From: Octopus sinensis
Lineage: Eukaryota
NCBI RefSeq assembly: GCF_006345805.1
Contig: NC_043001.1
Location: 119,226,001-119,290,000 of the forward strand
Reading direction: 5' to 3'
DNA length: 64,000 nucleotides
In this document: piece by piece, positions 40,258-52,600 of the stretch
How positions within the stretch are numbered: the first letter of the stretch is position 1
Layout of the letters: each line of letters begins with the position of its first letter
The notes under the pieces: model-generated
What the model was told of the DNA's origin: nothing
Databases searched by the model: none
The model's input: the letters and a program-made list of their open reading frames with translations, nothing else
Position numbers and translations under genes: made by a program

Positions 40258-40966
40258 CACCATCATGCCATCTGATGTGGCGTTTTACACCAGACAATGT
40301 TCTGAAAAGACAGCCCCATAGATTTCACATCCGATTTGGACCACCAAGAGGTGCAGAGAAGTTCTGGTCTTTGTGGATCTTAAAATGTCTTTTGAGGCCT
40401 CCATTAGATTTGCAAACCTTCTGACATACACTGCATTCCAAGATGTGCACAGATATACGCAGAATAGTCGGTGGAGGTTCGTTTTCCATGGGTTCGCAAA
40501 TAAGATTTGAACCCAGCAAAAGACAGGCATGGTCCGTGAAGTCTGGCGTAGCATGGTAAATTCCATTGTCTCGACCACGGTCGAACAATGATGAATGATG
40601 ATGATGGTCTGTCAAAAACTGTGCACAGAAATAGATCATTCTTATTCAGCTTCTCGATCGTAACATTCTTCCTTAGATCACTTTTGAGTTGTACAATCAT
40701 TATCCTGGCCTCTTCAAATGCTTTCACTATACTCCATATCTTTGTCCGCCATCCAATTCGATCCGAAGCAAAAGTTTCTGTCTTCTGGAGCCATTCCAAG
40801 TGACTTCATAGTACTCCTTATGCCGTCCTTAAACCTTTTTGTTTTTAGGTTTACGCCGATAGCGTTTCCCCTCTGCAAGGTCACCATAAAACAGCTGTTT
40901 CGGCATACGTACTCCGCCATTCGAACGATATGTCCACACCACCTCATTTGGTTCTTCAAGATCATA
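40258..40966 (-). mobile_element. RTE-clade LINE 3' fragment
   Basis: NQMRWCGHIVRM..KRFKDGIRSTMK..ASDRIGWR and C..C.KVCKSNGGLKRHFKIH, typical of the RTE/BovB-type ORF end; frameshifted. Confidence 0.85.
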
Positions 40967-40991
40967 GTTTTAAAATATATATGTATGTATA

Positions 40992-41027
<36 letters not shown>

Positions 41028-41073
41028 TATGTATATATATATTATATATGTATATATATTATATATGTATATA

Positions 41074-41480
41074 GGCGCAGGAGTGGCTGTGTGGTAAGTA
41101 GCTTGCTTACCAACCACATGGTTCCGGGTTCAGTCCCACTGCGTGGCACCTTGGGCAAGTGTCTTCTACTATAGCCTCGGGCCGACCAAAGCCTTGTGAG
41201 TGGATTTGGTAGACGGAAACTGAAAGAAGCCCGTCGTATAAATGTATATATATATGTGTGTGTGTGTGTGCGTGTATGTTTATGTGTCTGTGTTTGTCCC
41301 ACTAGAATTGCTTGACAACCGATGCTGGTGTGTTTACGTCCCCGTGACTTAGCGGTTCGGCAAACGAGACCGATAGAATAAGTACTGGGCTTACAAAGAA
41401 TAAGTCCCGGGGTCGATTTTCTCGACTAAAGGTGGTGCTCCAGCATGGCCGCAGTCAACTGATTGAAACAAGTAAAAGAG
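41074..41480 (+). mobile_element. tRNA-derived SINE family 1, full length
   Basis: ggcgcaggagtggctgtgtggt ... gtaaaagag, with (TA)n on both sides. Confidence 0.9.
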
Positions 41481-41696
41481 TATATATATATATAAGCTTA
41501 AAGAGCTTTTTGATAGATGCATGTATGTAAAGGACATTCCATATATTTGATTACACTTATGTAGTTGAAATAATTAAATTTCAACTGAAATTACTTTGAC
41601 GTATTGATCCAGTGGGAATTGAATATAGCCATGTGTACATATACACCTGGGACGGTTTTCAAATTATATTTTTACGCCATTATCACATATAACGTA

Positions 41697-42179
41697 TGCA
41701 GGCGTGGCTGTGTGGTAAGAGGCTTGCTTCCCAACCACATATCTTCGACTTCAGTCCTGCTGGGTGGCACCTTGTGTAAGTCTCCTCTACCATAGCCTCA
41801 TGCCGACCAGAAGGTTCTGAGTGGATTTGACAGACAGGAACTGAAAGAAGCATATCACGTGTGTGTGTCTATACACACACAAACACACATACGCAATAAT
41901 GCTCTCTTATACACACTCACGCGCACCTTCCTTTTGGGACACCACTACTTTATTATCTCCCCTTCTTCCTAGCTCTCCTGTGTGACCCCTCTGTCCGGCA
42001 TTCGCTAGCCACTACACATTCTCTCCCTTTTCTTTCTCTGTTCCTTTCTGTGGGAGAACGTAGACTCGAAACGTTAAAGACTTTTTCACTCCCCGAGCGT
42101 TAAACTAATACATCTGTTCTTTTGTCTATACCACCTGTCTTCGTCTTTTGTTATTTTTTTAATAAATTACCCCCCCCCC

Positions 42180-42222
<43 letters not shown>

Positions 42223-42645
42223 GTACAACATATGGGTGTTTAGTTCAGAAGTGATCTAAACGATTAGGTTCGCTAGGTAAGTGTTGTAACGGATTACTAG
42301 GGCGCCATTGTAGCCGAGATGGTAGTTATGGAGCCATTGTAGGTTTCCGATGTATGACTTTGAATTTTTTGCAATGATAATGATGTATATGAATTGAAAT
42401 GCTTGCTTTGCCTTAACGTTTGTTATCCTTTTCAACAATTATGTAGATATATATGTGTATGTGTGTGTGTCTGCTTGTCTGTCTGTCTTTGTGTCTGTGC
42501 TTATCCCCGTAACTTAGCAGTTCGGCAAAATATCCGATAGAATACGTACCAAACTTTGAAAGAAAGTGCTGGGGTCAATACATTCTACTACAAATTCTTC
42601 AAGATAGTACCTCATCATAGGTGCAGTCTAATTACTGAAATAAGT
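41697..42645 (+). mobile_element. Older SINE family 1 copy (head 41697-41855, tail ~42500-42645) interrupted by a ~300-bp insert at ~41876-42180
   Basis: Head and tail are collinear; the insert carries a decayed hammerhead-like string at 42044-42079. Confidence 0.6.
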
Positions 42646-42881
42646 ATATCTATATACATACATTTATACATATACATACATACACACATATGTATATGTG
42701 TGTGCGTTTGTATTTGATAGTATACTTATTCTTGTTTTACTCTGATTTCCCGTCATACTTTTCTCTCTTTACTCAGCAATTGTACTTTAGCGGAACCGGA
42801 AAAAAATATATATGTATTCATATAAATACACAACAATATTCATTATGTGTGTGTGTGTATATATATATATATGTATATAGA

Positions 42882-43775
42882 CAGGGTGTTTCAAAAACTT
42901 TGATATCATTTGAGATGTAAATATCACAGAAACTACATAATCAAAGCAAATGAAACTAAACAGGCTTAATGTTGAGCAACATAAGATCCATTCCTCCAAT
43001 TTGAATGAGAAATTCAAAGGAATGTGGATTCCATGAACGATTTCACATCGCTGGCAACATCTCCCTCAAAGAAAAACGGCCATGAAGATGTTTCTTGGAG
43101 ATGGCGCAGAACACACTCAATTTTGGTGAGTCTTCCTCATTCTCACTATGACATGGGGATTTCCTTCGCCCCAAATGTAAACATTATGCTTATTGACTTT
43201 GCCATTCGTATGAAATGTGGCCTCATCACTGAAAACAAGACGTTCTTTGAACTCGGTTTCTTTAAGTTCCTCTTACACAGAATTGTTTGCGGTTTTGCTT
43301 GTCACCTGCCATTATGGCCTGAGTGAGCTGCGGCTTATAGGGTTTCATTACCAAGCGTTTCCTCAGGATGCGCCAAACAGTCGTTGGAGGAATCTGAGTT
43401 TTCAGATTTGTTCTTCTTATGGACATTTTGTGCTTCGCAAGACCGTCTCTTTCGATGTTAGTGGTCGTCTAGATCCTTTTGCCCTGCACAGACAGCCATG
43501 TCCAAATCTGCATTGCCGTTGGTGACTTTTTAGAGAACTCTTTCACAAATGCAAGCTGCACAGTTCGACTGTGTTCGAGCATCCTCCAACACACAAAACG
43601 CCTTTTCTCTTCCAGTGAATGCCATTTCTATACCTGAAAAGATAAACATATCAAACATTAAACATAAAATTTTGACCTGTTTTTACACATGCTGTTAAAA
43701 TTTGAAGTCATTTGAACAAGAACTGGCAAAGTTATTACAAACCAAAATGATATCAAATTTTTTTTAAACACCCTG
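42882..43775 (-). mobile_element. Internally deleted Tc1/mariner element with terminal inverted repeats
   Basis: Left TIR cagggtgtttcaaaaacttttgatatcattt; right TIR aaatgatatcaaattttttttaaacaccctg followed by TA. Transposase remnant from ATG at 43625: MAFTGREKAFCVL..TVWRILRKRL.MKPYK..LVFSDEATFH.NGKVNKHNV.IWG. Confidence 0.9.
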
Positions 43776-43924
43776 TATATATATATGTGTGTGTGTGTGT
43801 GTGCGTGTTTGGAGAGAGAGAGAGAGAGAGAGAGAGAAAGAATACAGTGGTATCAAATAACATAAATTCCATTCTTGATTTATTTATTTCTTCTTCCAGA
43901 TGCTGACGCGTAATTACCATATAG

Positions 43925-44030
43925 CAAATAAAGTGTCTTGCTCAAGATAACAACACACATCCCGGTCCGGGAACCGAACTCGCAAAGTCATGATTGTAAG
44001 CTCGGTGCTCTAACCACTGAGCTAAGTGAC
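43925..44030 (-). mobile_element. SINE family 2 tRNA-like head
   Basis: Minus strand tagctcagtggttagagc (A box), gagttcggttccc (B box), then cttgagcaagacacttta. Confidence 0.8.
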
Positions 44031-44444
44031 TTTACAATTAGGTTCTACTAAGATTAGAATTATTACAATTTAAAAGTTAATTTTATGAAAACTGGTTTGT
44101 GATTAGGTTTTAGGAAGATATATCAGCTCGTAGACACTGGTGGGATGTGAATACAGAAAGGTGCGTACTCAAAAAGAGAAAGAGAAAAAGAGATAGAGAG
44201 AGAGAGGGAAGAGAGAGAGAGAAAGAGAGGGAAGAGAGAGAGAGAAAGAGAGGTTGCTAGAAGGCTAGAAAGAGAAAAATCATCTGTATAGTATTAGAAG
44301 AGAAAGAAATAGATGAAGAGGGAGAAAGATGACAAGAGAGTCAAGAGGAGAAGCCGGAACAGGCAGAAAAGCACTTATTACATGAATAATAGCTATATAT
44401 ATATATGTATGTATATATACATTACATTAAATGTGTACATGGAT

Positions 44445-44505
<61 letters not shown>

Positions 44506-44906
44506 CGTGTGCGTGTGTGTGTGTGTGTTGTGTGTGTGTGTGCCCATACTCACACGAACGGATCTGTAGACACACGTATATACTGTGAGAAATAAACAAA
44601 TATAAATACGTGTATACGCATGCCCGAACAGGAATTCACATTAGACCGAGACAGAATCGAAAATGAAATGAAAATAGAATTATCAAAAAGCAAAACTAAA
44701 AAAGAAAATTATATATACATATATAAATAATATATATATTCATATGCTTTATAGTGAATTTATTGGCAAACGTATGGTAAATGATTTGATAGAAATGATA
44801 CTGGGGAACAGGAGACTTGCCAAAATCGAATCGTAAGGAAAACCTAAAAACATCATACGCACGCACACAGGTGTGTGCGAGAGTGTGAGTGCATTCATAC
44901 AAATGT

Positions 44907-44941
<35 letters not shown>

Positions 44942-45139
44942 CACATTCACCCACATGCCCGCACGCACTGACAGATAACACACGCGCATACACACGCACG
45001 CACCAACAGGCACAGACACATGCGCTTAGGAATATAAATGTATGTGTATATGGCTGTAGATATAGACCATATATACGCACATATATGTATATGTGAATAT
45101 ATATATATATATTATATATATATATATATATACATACAT

Positions 45140-45176
<37 letters not shown>

Positions 45177-45926
45177 ATATATATATATATACGTACATAT
45201 ACGTATATATATCTTTATGTATGCATTTGCTATTTTCATATACATTTATATATATATATAAATAAATGTTGGTGCTTTTAATTACGTAAAAACAACAAAT
45301 ATTAACTGGAAACTCGATACGCAGAGTAATATTAAATTACTATTTGATAAAGCCGCTAATGAGTACGCAGTACTCATCAAATGGTACCTCATCAAATAAT
45401 GGGACGAGATTGATGAAGCCACCATCATATATATGCAGAGAGCAAAAGAGAGATACTGAATAATAGATTTCTGTTAACAAAATAGCTCTTTATGGGACCC
45501 TGTGTATATTATATCGTTTATCATTATTTTGTCAATTGAATGCACCGGAGTATATTTCTGGTACTTATCATATTATGTCCATTGAGTTAGGGAATATAAA
45601 ATCTGGCACCTCAATGGTAGAATTTGAAGACTGGGAAGCGATAATAGTTAATACAGTAGTTGGGCGCATTTAATTTCGCTTGATATATATGTTGCCCAAA
45701 GCAGAGTTGTATATTATGTACCGTTTGTATATAGTTTCGTGTCATCATCTTCCGTTTCATGCATCTCGATTTTGCCTTTCCTTGCTATAGTGTAGTTGAA
45801 TTAAGTACCAATAAATTGTCGGAATTGATATAACCAACAATAATAGGGAAAACTATGCTTCATTATAGTCATATTTTAGCCACTGAAGTCCTTAAAAGTA
45901 TAAAAAAAATAGAAATTCCCCCTTCA

Positions 45927-45976
<50 letters not shown>

Positions 45977-46086
45977 GCTGATAATCTCCGCAGACATCGC
46001 AGACGTGTGTGTGTATGTGTATATATATATATATTCCGAGAACTATTTTTCCCACTTTGTTTCACATTTATGTGCTTACTCGGGTG

Positions 46087-46123
<37 letters not shown>

Positions 46124-46137
46124 CACACACACACACG

Positions 46138-46213
<76 letters not shown>

Positions 46214-47029
46214 TATTACTCACCAGAAGACGAGGACAAGATCATGTGCTACACTGAGTCTTTGTTTACCGATAGTTGATTGGGAGGAATCTAATCTGAT
46301 CTAATCCCCAGCTTCCATGTATTTTGTAATGCGATCTGCGCCGCTTTCCTTCTTTAAATAATTATTTCTTTTGTTCTTTTAATTCCGCCTCTCTGTTTTC
46401 CTATTTGTATCACGACAAACTTATTAATTCGTTTGACGGATTTCTTGACGGATAAGACATTAACAGTTTAAACAAAATAGACGGGCATGTTACAAAGAAA
46501 GCAATCTGATAAGAGTATTCTGTAAACGGATTGATTTTTCTTCCCTATCTTATACATCGTCATGTTGAGACGACCGTCTGATACACTAAACTCATTGTAC
46601 AGGTGAAAGTTTTTGCATTATATTTTTCTGTTACTGTTTCTTTTGCCTGTTTCAATGTTTTGCTCTCTTATCTTTGCTTTGCTTCTTTATAGTCGGAGTT
46701 ATATTTTTTCCCAACTCTCGGTTCTCCGCTATATTTATATTTCATCTTGCTGTATGAGTTGTGAGTTTCTTTTCCGGCTGTGTTTGCAATTCCCTCTCAC
46801 TCGAACCAACACACTTCACCCATTCCATTCGATACAGGAACTGAGACACAACTAACAATGGTGGCATTCATTCAATGCCATCGTTTATTTTGCAATGTCA
46901 AATCCATAGCAAAACCAACTGCTGCAGTTGCAAGAACCATTGCTGTTGCTACTGCTGCTGCTGCTCTTTCTCTCCTCCTCCTCCTCGACGATGACTACGA
47001 CGACGACGACGACCACCACCAAAACCACA

Positions 47030-47044
47030 CCACCCCCACTACCC

Positions 47045-47090
<46 letters not shown>

Positions 47091-47150
47091 CACCACCACC
47101 ACCACCACCACTACTACTACTATCACCACCACCACCACCACCACCACCAT

Positions 47151-47193
<43 letters not shown>

Positions 47194-47230
47194 GCTACTA
47201 CAAATAATAATAATAATAATAATAATAATA
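47030..47230. repeat. Compound trinucleotide microsatellite (CAC/TAC/AAT)
   Basis: Directly visible. Confidence 0.95.
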
Positions 47231-47231
47231 A

Positions 47232-47785
47232 GCCCTGATGCAGTACCAGGCAGTGGCTCTCATGGCTTCTGATCTTAACTGATTGGAAGTGTTATCATGT
47301 ACATTGTTTTGTTTTGGTATAAAAGATGGGCTACAGCAAATATTCTGCTCAATACCACAGATTTGCTTGTCAGTTGTTTGACCTTAACCAATTGAGCATG
47401 TCCCTTAGTGGCTGACAATATGTGCATCTCTGATCACGAGCAGAAGTAGTGGGGGAGCATCATAGCCATGTGTTGAGAGGGATTCTTTGGAGTTTGAATG
47501 ATTCACCTCTGGAAACATAGGTGTTTCGTTCAACATCCTAAAGCAACCCTTATTCAGGGACCTTTTGAGCAGGATGGGCTACTCAACCTGAAGAAAATTC
47601 TAACTGGGCCCCACCTGCAAGGTCATGTGCTGTTTATCTTGATATGAGATCACCATGTTGCGCACATATGGTTGTGATGCATGTGCCTGGTGTACCTTTA
47701 TCAGACGGGTAGTCATGGTGGGTATATTGGGCTTCGTATATTTTACCCCAGTGTCACTTTGATCGCATGAACTGCTCTCTCACTC
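47232..47785 (+). mobile_element. (AAT)n-flanked element, copy 3 (longest, ~554 bp)
   Basis: (AAT)n on both sides; contains ATTGG near 47282 and TATAAAAG at 47318-47325. Confidence 0.9.
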
Positions 47786-47825
<40 letters not shown>

Positions 47826-48169
47826 TCTACCTCTAATATAAGGATAAAATTTTCCAAAGAAAAACAAAATTATTGCTGGCTAGCATATGAAAATACCTTT
47901 TAAGGGGAAAATTATAAAAAAGGCAAAAGAAAAAATATTTCTATATCAATATGCTGAAAAATAGAGTATAGATCGTATTATATGTGGTTAGACGATCTAA
48001 AGTCTATTTTTCACCATATTGGCATAGTACTTATTCTATTGATATCTTATGCTGAACCGCTATGTTACGGGGGCGTAAACACACCACCATTGGTTATCAA
48101 GCGATGGTGTATGTGCTTGTGGGGGTGCGGGTAAACACACACACACACACACGCATATCTATATATACC

Positions 48170-48483
48170 CTCTTTACTCTTTTAGTCATTTGACTGCTGC
48201 CATACTGGAGCACCACCTTCAGTCGAGCAAATCGACCCCAGGACTTATTGTTTTTAAGCCTAGTACTTATTCTATCGGTCTCTTTTGCCGAACCGCTAAG
48301 TTACAGGGACGTAAAGACACCAGCATTGTTTGTCAAGCGATGTTGGGGGGACAAACATCAGATACACACACATATATACATATACATACGACATACATAT
48401 ATATATACGACGGGTTTCTTTCAGTTTCCGTCTACCAAATCCACACACAAAGCTTTGGTCGGCCCGAAGCTATAGTAGAAGAC
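48170..48483 (-). mobile_element. SINE family 1, 5'-truncated
   Basis: Reverse complement of the tail, central microsatellite and part of the head. Confidence 0.85.
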
Positions 48484-48662
48484 CTTCGAAAAGAGGTCCG
48501 GATCAATTTCCAACTGTTTTTTCAATTCATAACCCGCATTCAGTTGTGACTGCTTTTGATCTTCAGCGAGCTAACGAGGCCCAAATTTTGCTGCAGCTCT
48601 TTTCATTCGCAGTTCGTTGGCAGGAACTCCAGGACACACCAGTCATATCAACAATGTCGTCA

Positions 48663-48713
<51 letters not shown>

Positions 48714-49089
48714 CATCTGTTAGAACATTTTATGCATCTTCTTCCTTGTTCGATCGAAGATTAAACTTCTAATCCCATTAAAATGATTATGTCCCTTGCA
48801 ATAACTGACCACCGAGGCACATCACGTATATGAAATATTCTGGCGGGGATCCCAAACTATCCATACTGTCATTGAATTGTCGAGGCCATATGTAGGCGAC
48901 GTATTGTCTTTTCTAATATATAACGAATGATATAGAGTAATTTAGCTATTCGTAACTTTTGAAATGTCTTGTGCCGGAAGCCAAGTTACCCAGGTTTCCC
49001 GACCAATGTTGGTCTCTACTGCTGGTAGCATAAAGTACGAAGAGTTTTTATTATTTTCGATCTCGCTATTTCCGGTGCTGTGTCTGGTA

Positions 49090-49330
49090 GCGCAATAGCA
49101 ATAGCTATGGTATGGTCCTCATTTCTAAGATCTGCTGTTTCTGTTTGATTGAGGCCTGCATCCTTCGTCGTTTTCTCCGCTTGGTTGGCCATGTGATTCG
49201 GTTGTCGGTAACCGGCTTCCAAAGATGGTCTTCTTCAGGGGGAACGAGATCGGAAGTAGATCTCATGGACGTCCAAAGCTTCGTCTTCATGATCAGCTCA
49301 AGCGGTCCTCATTTTATGCTACTCTTTCTC
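49090..49330 (+). mobile_element. RTE-clade LINE fragment
   Basis: IEACILRRFLRLVGHVIRL followed (frameshift) by PKMVFF..GSRSHGRPKLRLHDQLKR. Confidence 0.7.
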
Positions 49331-49694
49331 TTTGATTTCCTCCTTTCTTTTGCGAACCCTCCACTTTTGGATAAAAGGCTCTCAAGTGGTCTTTATTACC
49401 TGACATAAATTAGCTGGATCTTCTGCCTTCAAGTCAGTGCTTCTTCCCGTGATAGTGTACAGCTCCACAGCAACGTTGTTGTCATAGGCGGAATGGAAGT
49501 ATTAGGACCTAAATCTCCGTATAGAACTCACTCAACCATATGCTATTGTTATCTATCCTTGTTTTCATCACATTGCCAAACTGATGAACAAAGCTGACGA
49601 CAAACCAGTAGTCAATGTCCTTGCATTATCACTGATCATGGTTCTGTGATCAATGTACAGCAAGACTATCCTGTGGGATGTACAAGCCGTTGGT

Positions 49695-52600
49695 ATATTG
49701 TCGCTCCATACTCGGTTTAAAAAACTAAGTACGTGCTTCCATATCATCTATCCCAGCTGAGTGAACGGACATCCTATCACACATATTGTCGCTCCATACT
49801 CGGTTTAAAAAACTAAGTACGTGCTTCCATATCATCTATCCCAGCTGAGTGAACGGACATCCTATCACACATATTGTCGCTCCATACTCGGTTTAAAAAA
49901 CTAAGTACGGTGCTTCCATATCATCTATCCCAGCTGAGTGAACGGACATCCTATCACACATATTGTCGCTCCATACTCGGTTTAAAAACTAAGTACGTGC
50001 TTCCATATCATCTATCCCAGCTGAGTGAACGGACATCCTATCACACATATTGTCGCTCCATACTCGGTTTAAAAAACTAAGTACGTGCTTCCATATCATC
50101 TATCCCAGCTGAGTGAACGGACATCCTATCACACATATTGTCGCTCCATACTCGGTTTAAAAAACTAAGTACGTGCTTCCATATCATCTATCCCAGCTGA
50201 GTGAACGGACATCCTATCAACACATATTGTCGCTCCATACTCGGTTAAAAAACTAAGTACGTGCTTCCATATCATCTATCCCAGCTGAGTGAACGGACAC
50301 ATCCTATCACACATATTGTCGCTCCATACTCGGTTAAAAAACTAAGTACGTGCTTCCATATCATCTATCCCAGCTGAGTGAACGGACATCCTATCACACA
50401 TATTGTCGCTCCATACTCGGTTTAAAAAACTAAGTACGTGCTTCCATATCATCTATCCCAGCTGAGTGAACGGACATCCTATCACACATATTGTCGCTCC
50501 ATACTCGGTTTAAAAAACTAAGTACGTGCTTCCATATCATCTATCCCAGCTGAGTGGACGGACATCCTATCACACATATTGTCGCTCCATACTCGGTTTA
50601 AAAAACTAAGTACGTGCTTCCATATCATCTATCCCAGCTGAGTGAACGGACATCCTATCACACATATTGTCGCTCCATACTCGGTTTAAAAAACTAAGTA
50701 CGTGCTTCCATATCATCTATCCCAGCTGAGTGAACGGACATCCTATCACACATATTGTCGCTCCATACTCGGTTTAAAAACTAAGTACGTGCTTCCATAT
50801 CATCTATCCCAGCTGAGTGGACGGACATCCTATCACACATATTGTCGCTCCATACTCGGTTTAAAAAACTAAGTACGTGCTTCCATATCATCTATCCCAG
50901 CTGAGTGAACGGACATCCTATCACACATATTGTCGCTCCATACTCGGTTTAAAAAACTAAGTACGTGCTTCCATATCATCTATCCCAGCTGAGTGAACGG
51001 ACATCCTATCACACATATTGTCGCTCCATACTCGGTTTAAAAACTAAGTACGTGCTTCCATATCATCTATCCCAGCTGAGTGAAGGGACATCCTATCACA
51101 CATATTGTCGCTCCATACTCGTTTTAAAAACTAAGTACGTGCTTCCATATCATCTATCCCAGCTGAGTGAACGGACATCCTATCACACATATTGTCGCTC
51201 CATACTCGTTTTAAAAACTAAGTACGTGCTTCCATATCATCTATCCCAGCTGAGTGAACGGACATCCTATCACACATATTGTCGCTCCATACTCGGTTTA
51301 AAAAACTAAGTACGTGCTTCCATATCATCTATCCCAGCTGAGTGAACGGACATCCTATCACACATATTGTCGCTCCATACTCGGTTTAAAAAACTAAGTA
51401 CGTGCTTCCATATCATCTATCCCAGCTGAGTGAACGGACATCCTATCACACATATTGTCGCTCCATACTCGGTTTAAAAAACTAAGTACGTGCTTCCATA
51501 TCATCTATCCCAGCTGAGTGAACGGACACTCCTATCACACATATTGTCGCTCCATACTCGGTTTAAAAACTAAGTACGTGCTTCCATATCATCTATCCCA
51601 GCTGAGTGAACGGACATCCTATCACACATATTGTCGCTCCATACTCGGTTTAAAAAACTAGTACGTGCTTCCATATCATCTATCCCAGCTGAGTGAACGG
51701 ACATCCTATCACACATATTGTCGCTCCATACTCGGTTTAAAAACTAAGTACGTGCTTCCATATCATCTATCCCAGCTGAGTGAACGACATCCTATCACAC
51801 ATATTGTCGCTCCATACTCGGTTTAAAAAACTAAGTACATGCTTCCATATCATCTATCCCAGCTGAGTGAACGGACATCCTATCACACAATATTGTCGCT
51901 CCATACTCGTTTTAAAAAACTAAGTACATGCTTCCATATCATCTATCCCAGCTGAGTGAACGGACATCCTATCACACATATTGTCGCTCCATACTCGGTT
52001 TAAAAAAACTAAGTACGTGCTTCCATATCATCTATCCCACTGAGTGAACGGACATCCTATCACACATATTGTCGCTCCATACTCGGTTTAAAAACTAAGT
52101 ACGTGCTTCCATATCATCTATCCCAGCTGAGTGAACGGACATCCTATCACACATATTGTCGCTCCATACTCGTTTTAAAAACTAAGTACATGCTTCCATA
52201 TCATCTATCCCAGCTGAGTGAACGGACATCCTATCACACATATTGTCGCTCCATACTCGGTTTAAAAAACTAAGTACGTGCTTCCATATCATCTATCCCG
52301 CTGAGTGAACGGACATCCTATCACACATATTGTCGCTCCATACTCGGTTTAAAAAACTAAGTACGTGCTTCCATATCATCTATCCCAGCTGAGTGAACGG
52401 ACATCCTATCACACATATTGTCGCTCCATACTCGGTTTAAAAAACTAAGTACGTGCTTCCATATCATCTATCCCAGCTGAGTGAACGGACATCCTATCAC
52501 ACATATTGTCGCTCCATACTCGGTTTAAAAAACTAAGTACGTGCTTCCATATCATCTATCCCAGCTGAGTGAACGGACATCCTATCACACATATTGTCGC

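Noticed and set aside
43925-44030. tRNA gene
   Set aside because: It has A and B boxes but no acceptor stem or cloverleaf, and continues into the SINE family 2 core.
47255-47290. HDV-like ribozyme or U2 snRNA similarity at the 5' end of the AAT-flanked element
   Set aside because: No complementary P1 or P3 partner strands were found; the U2 resemblance is a short AT-rich coincidence.
49600-49720. CUB-domain-like peptide QCPCIITDHGSVINVQQDYPVGCTSRWYIVAP running into the array
   Set aside because: Short, bounded by in-frame stops, without a convincing splice acceptor, and the similarity is only impressionistic; would need BLASTX or RNA-seq support.
49730-49760. GTACGT..CCCAG in each unit as a repeated intron
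   Set aside because: It would be only 28 nt, too short for a conventional spliceosomal intron.
49695-49782. 88-bp unit as a hammerhead retrozyme, Pol III gene or snoRNA
   Set aside because: CTGAGTGA has an extra base relative to CUGANGA and there is no GAAA on either strand. The minus-strand T6 run and GTTCACTC lack a credible A/B box pair, and there is no convincing C/D box layout.
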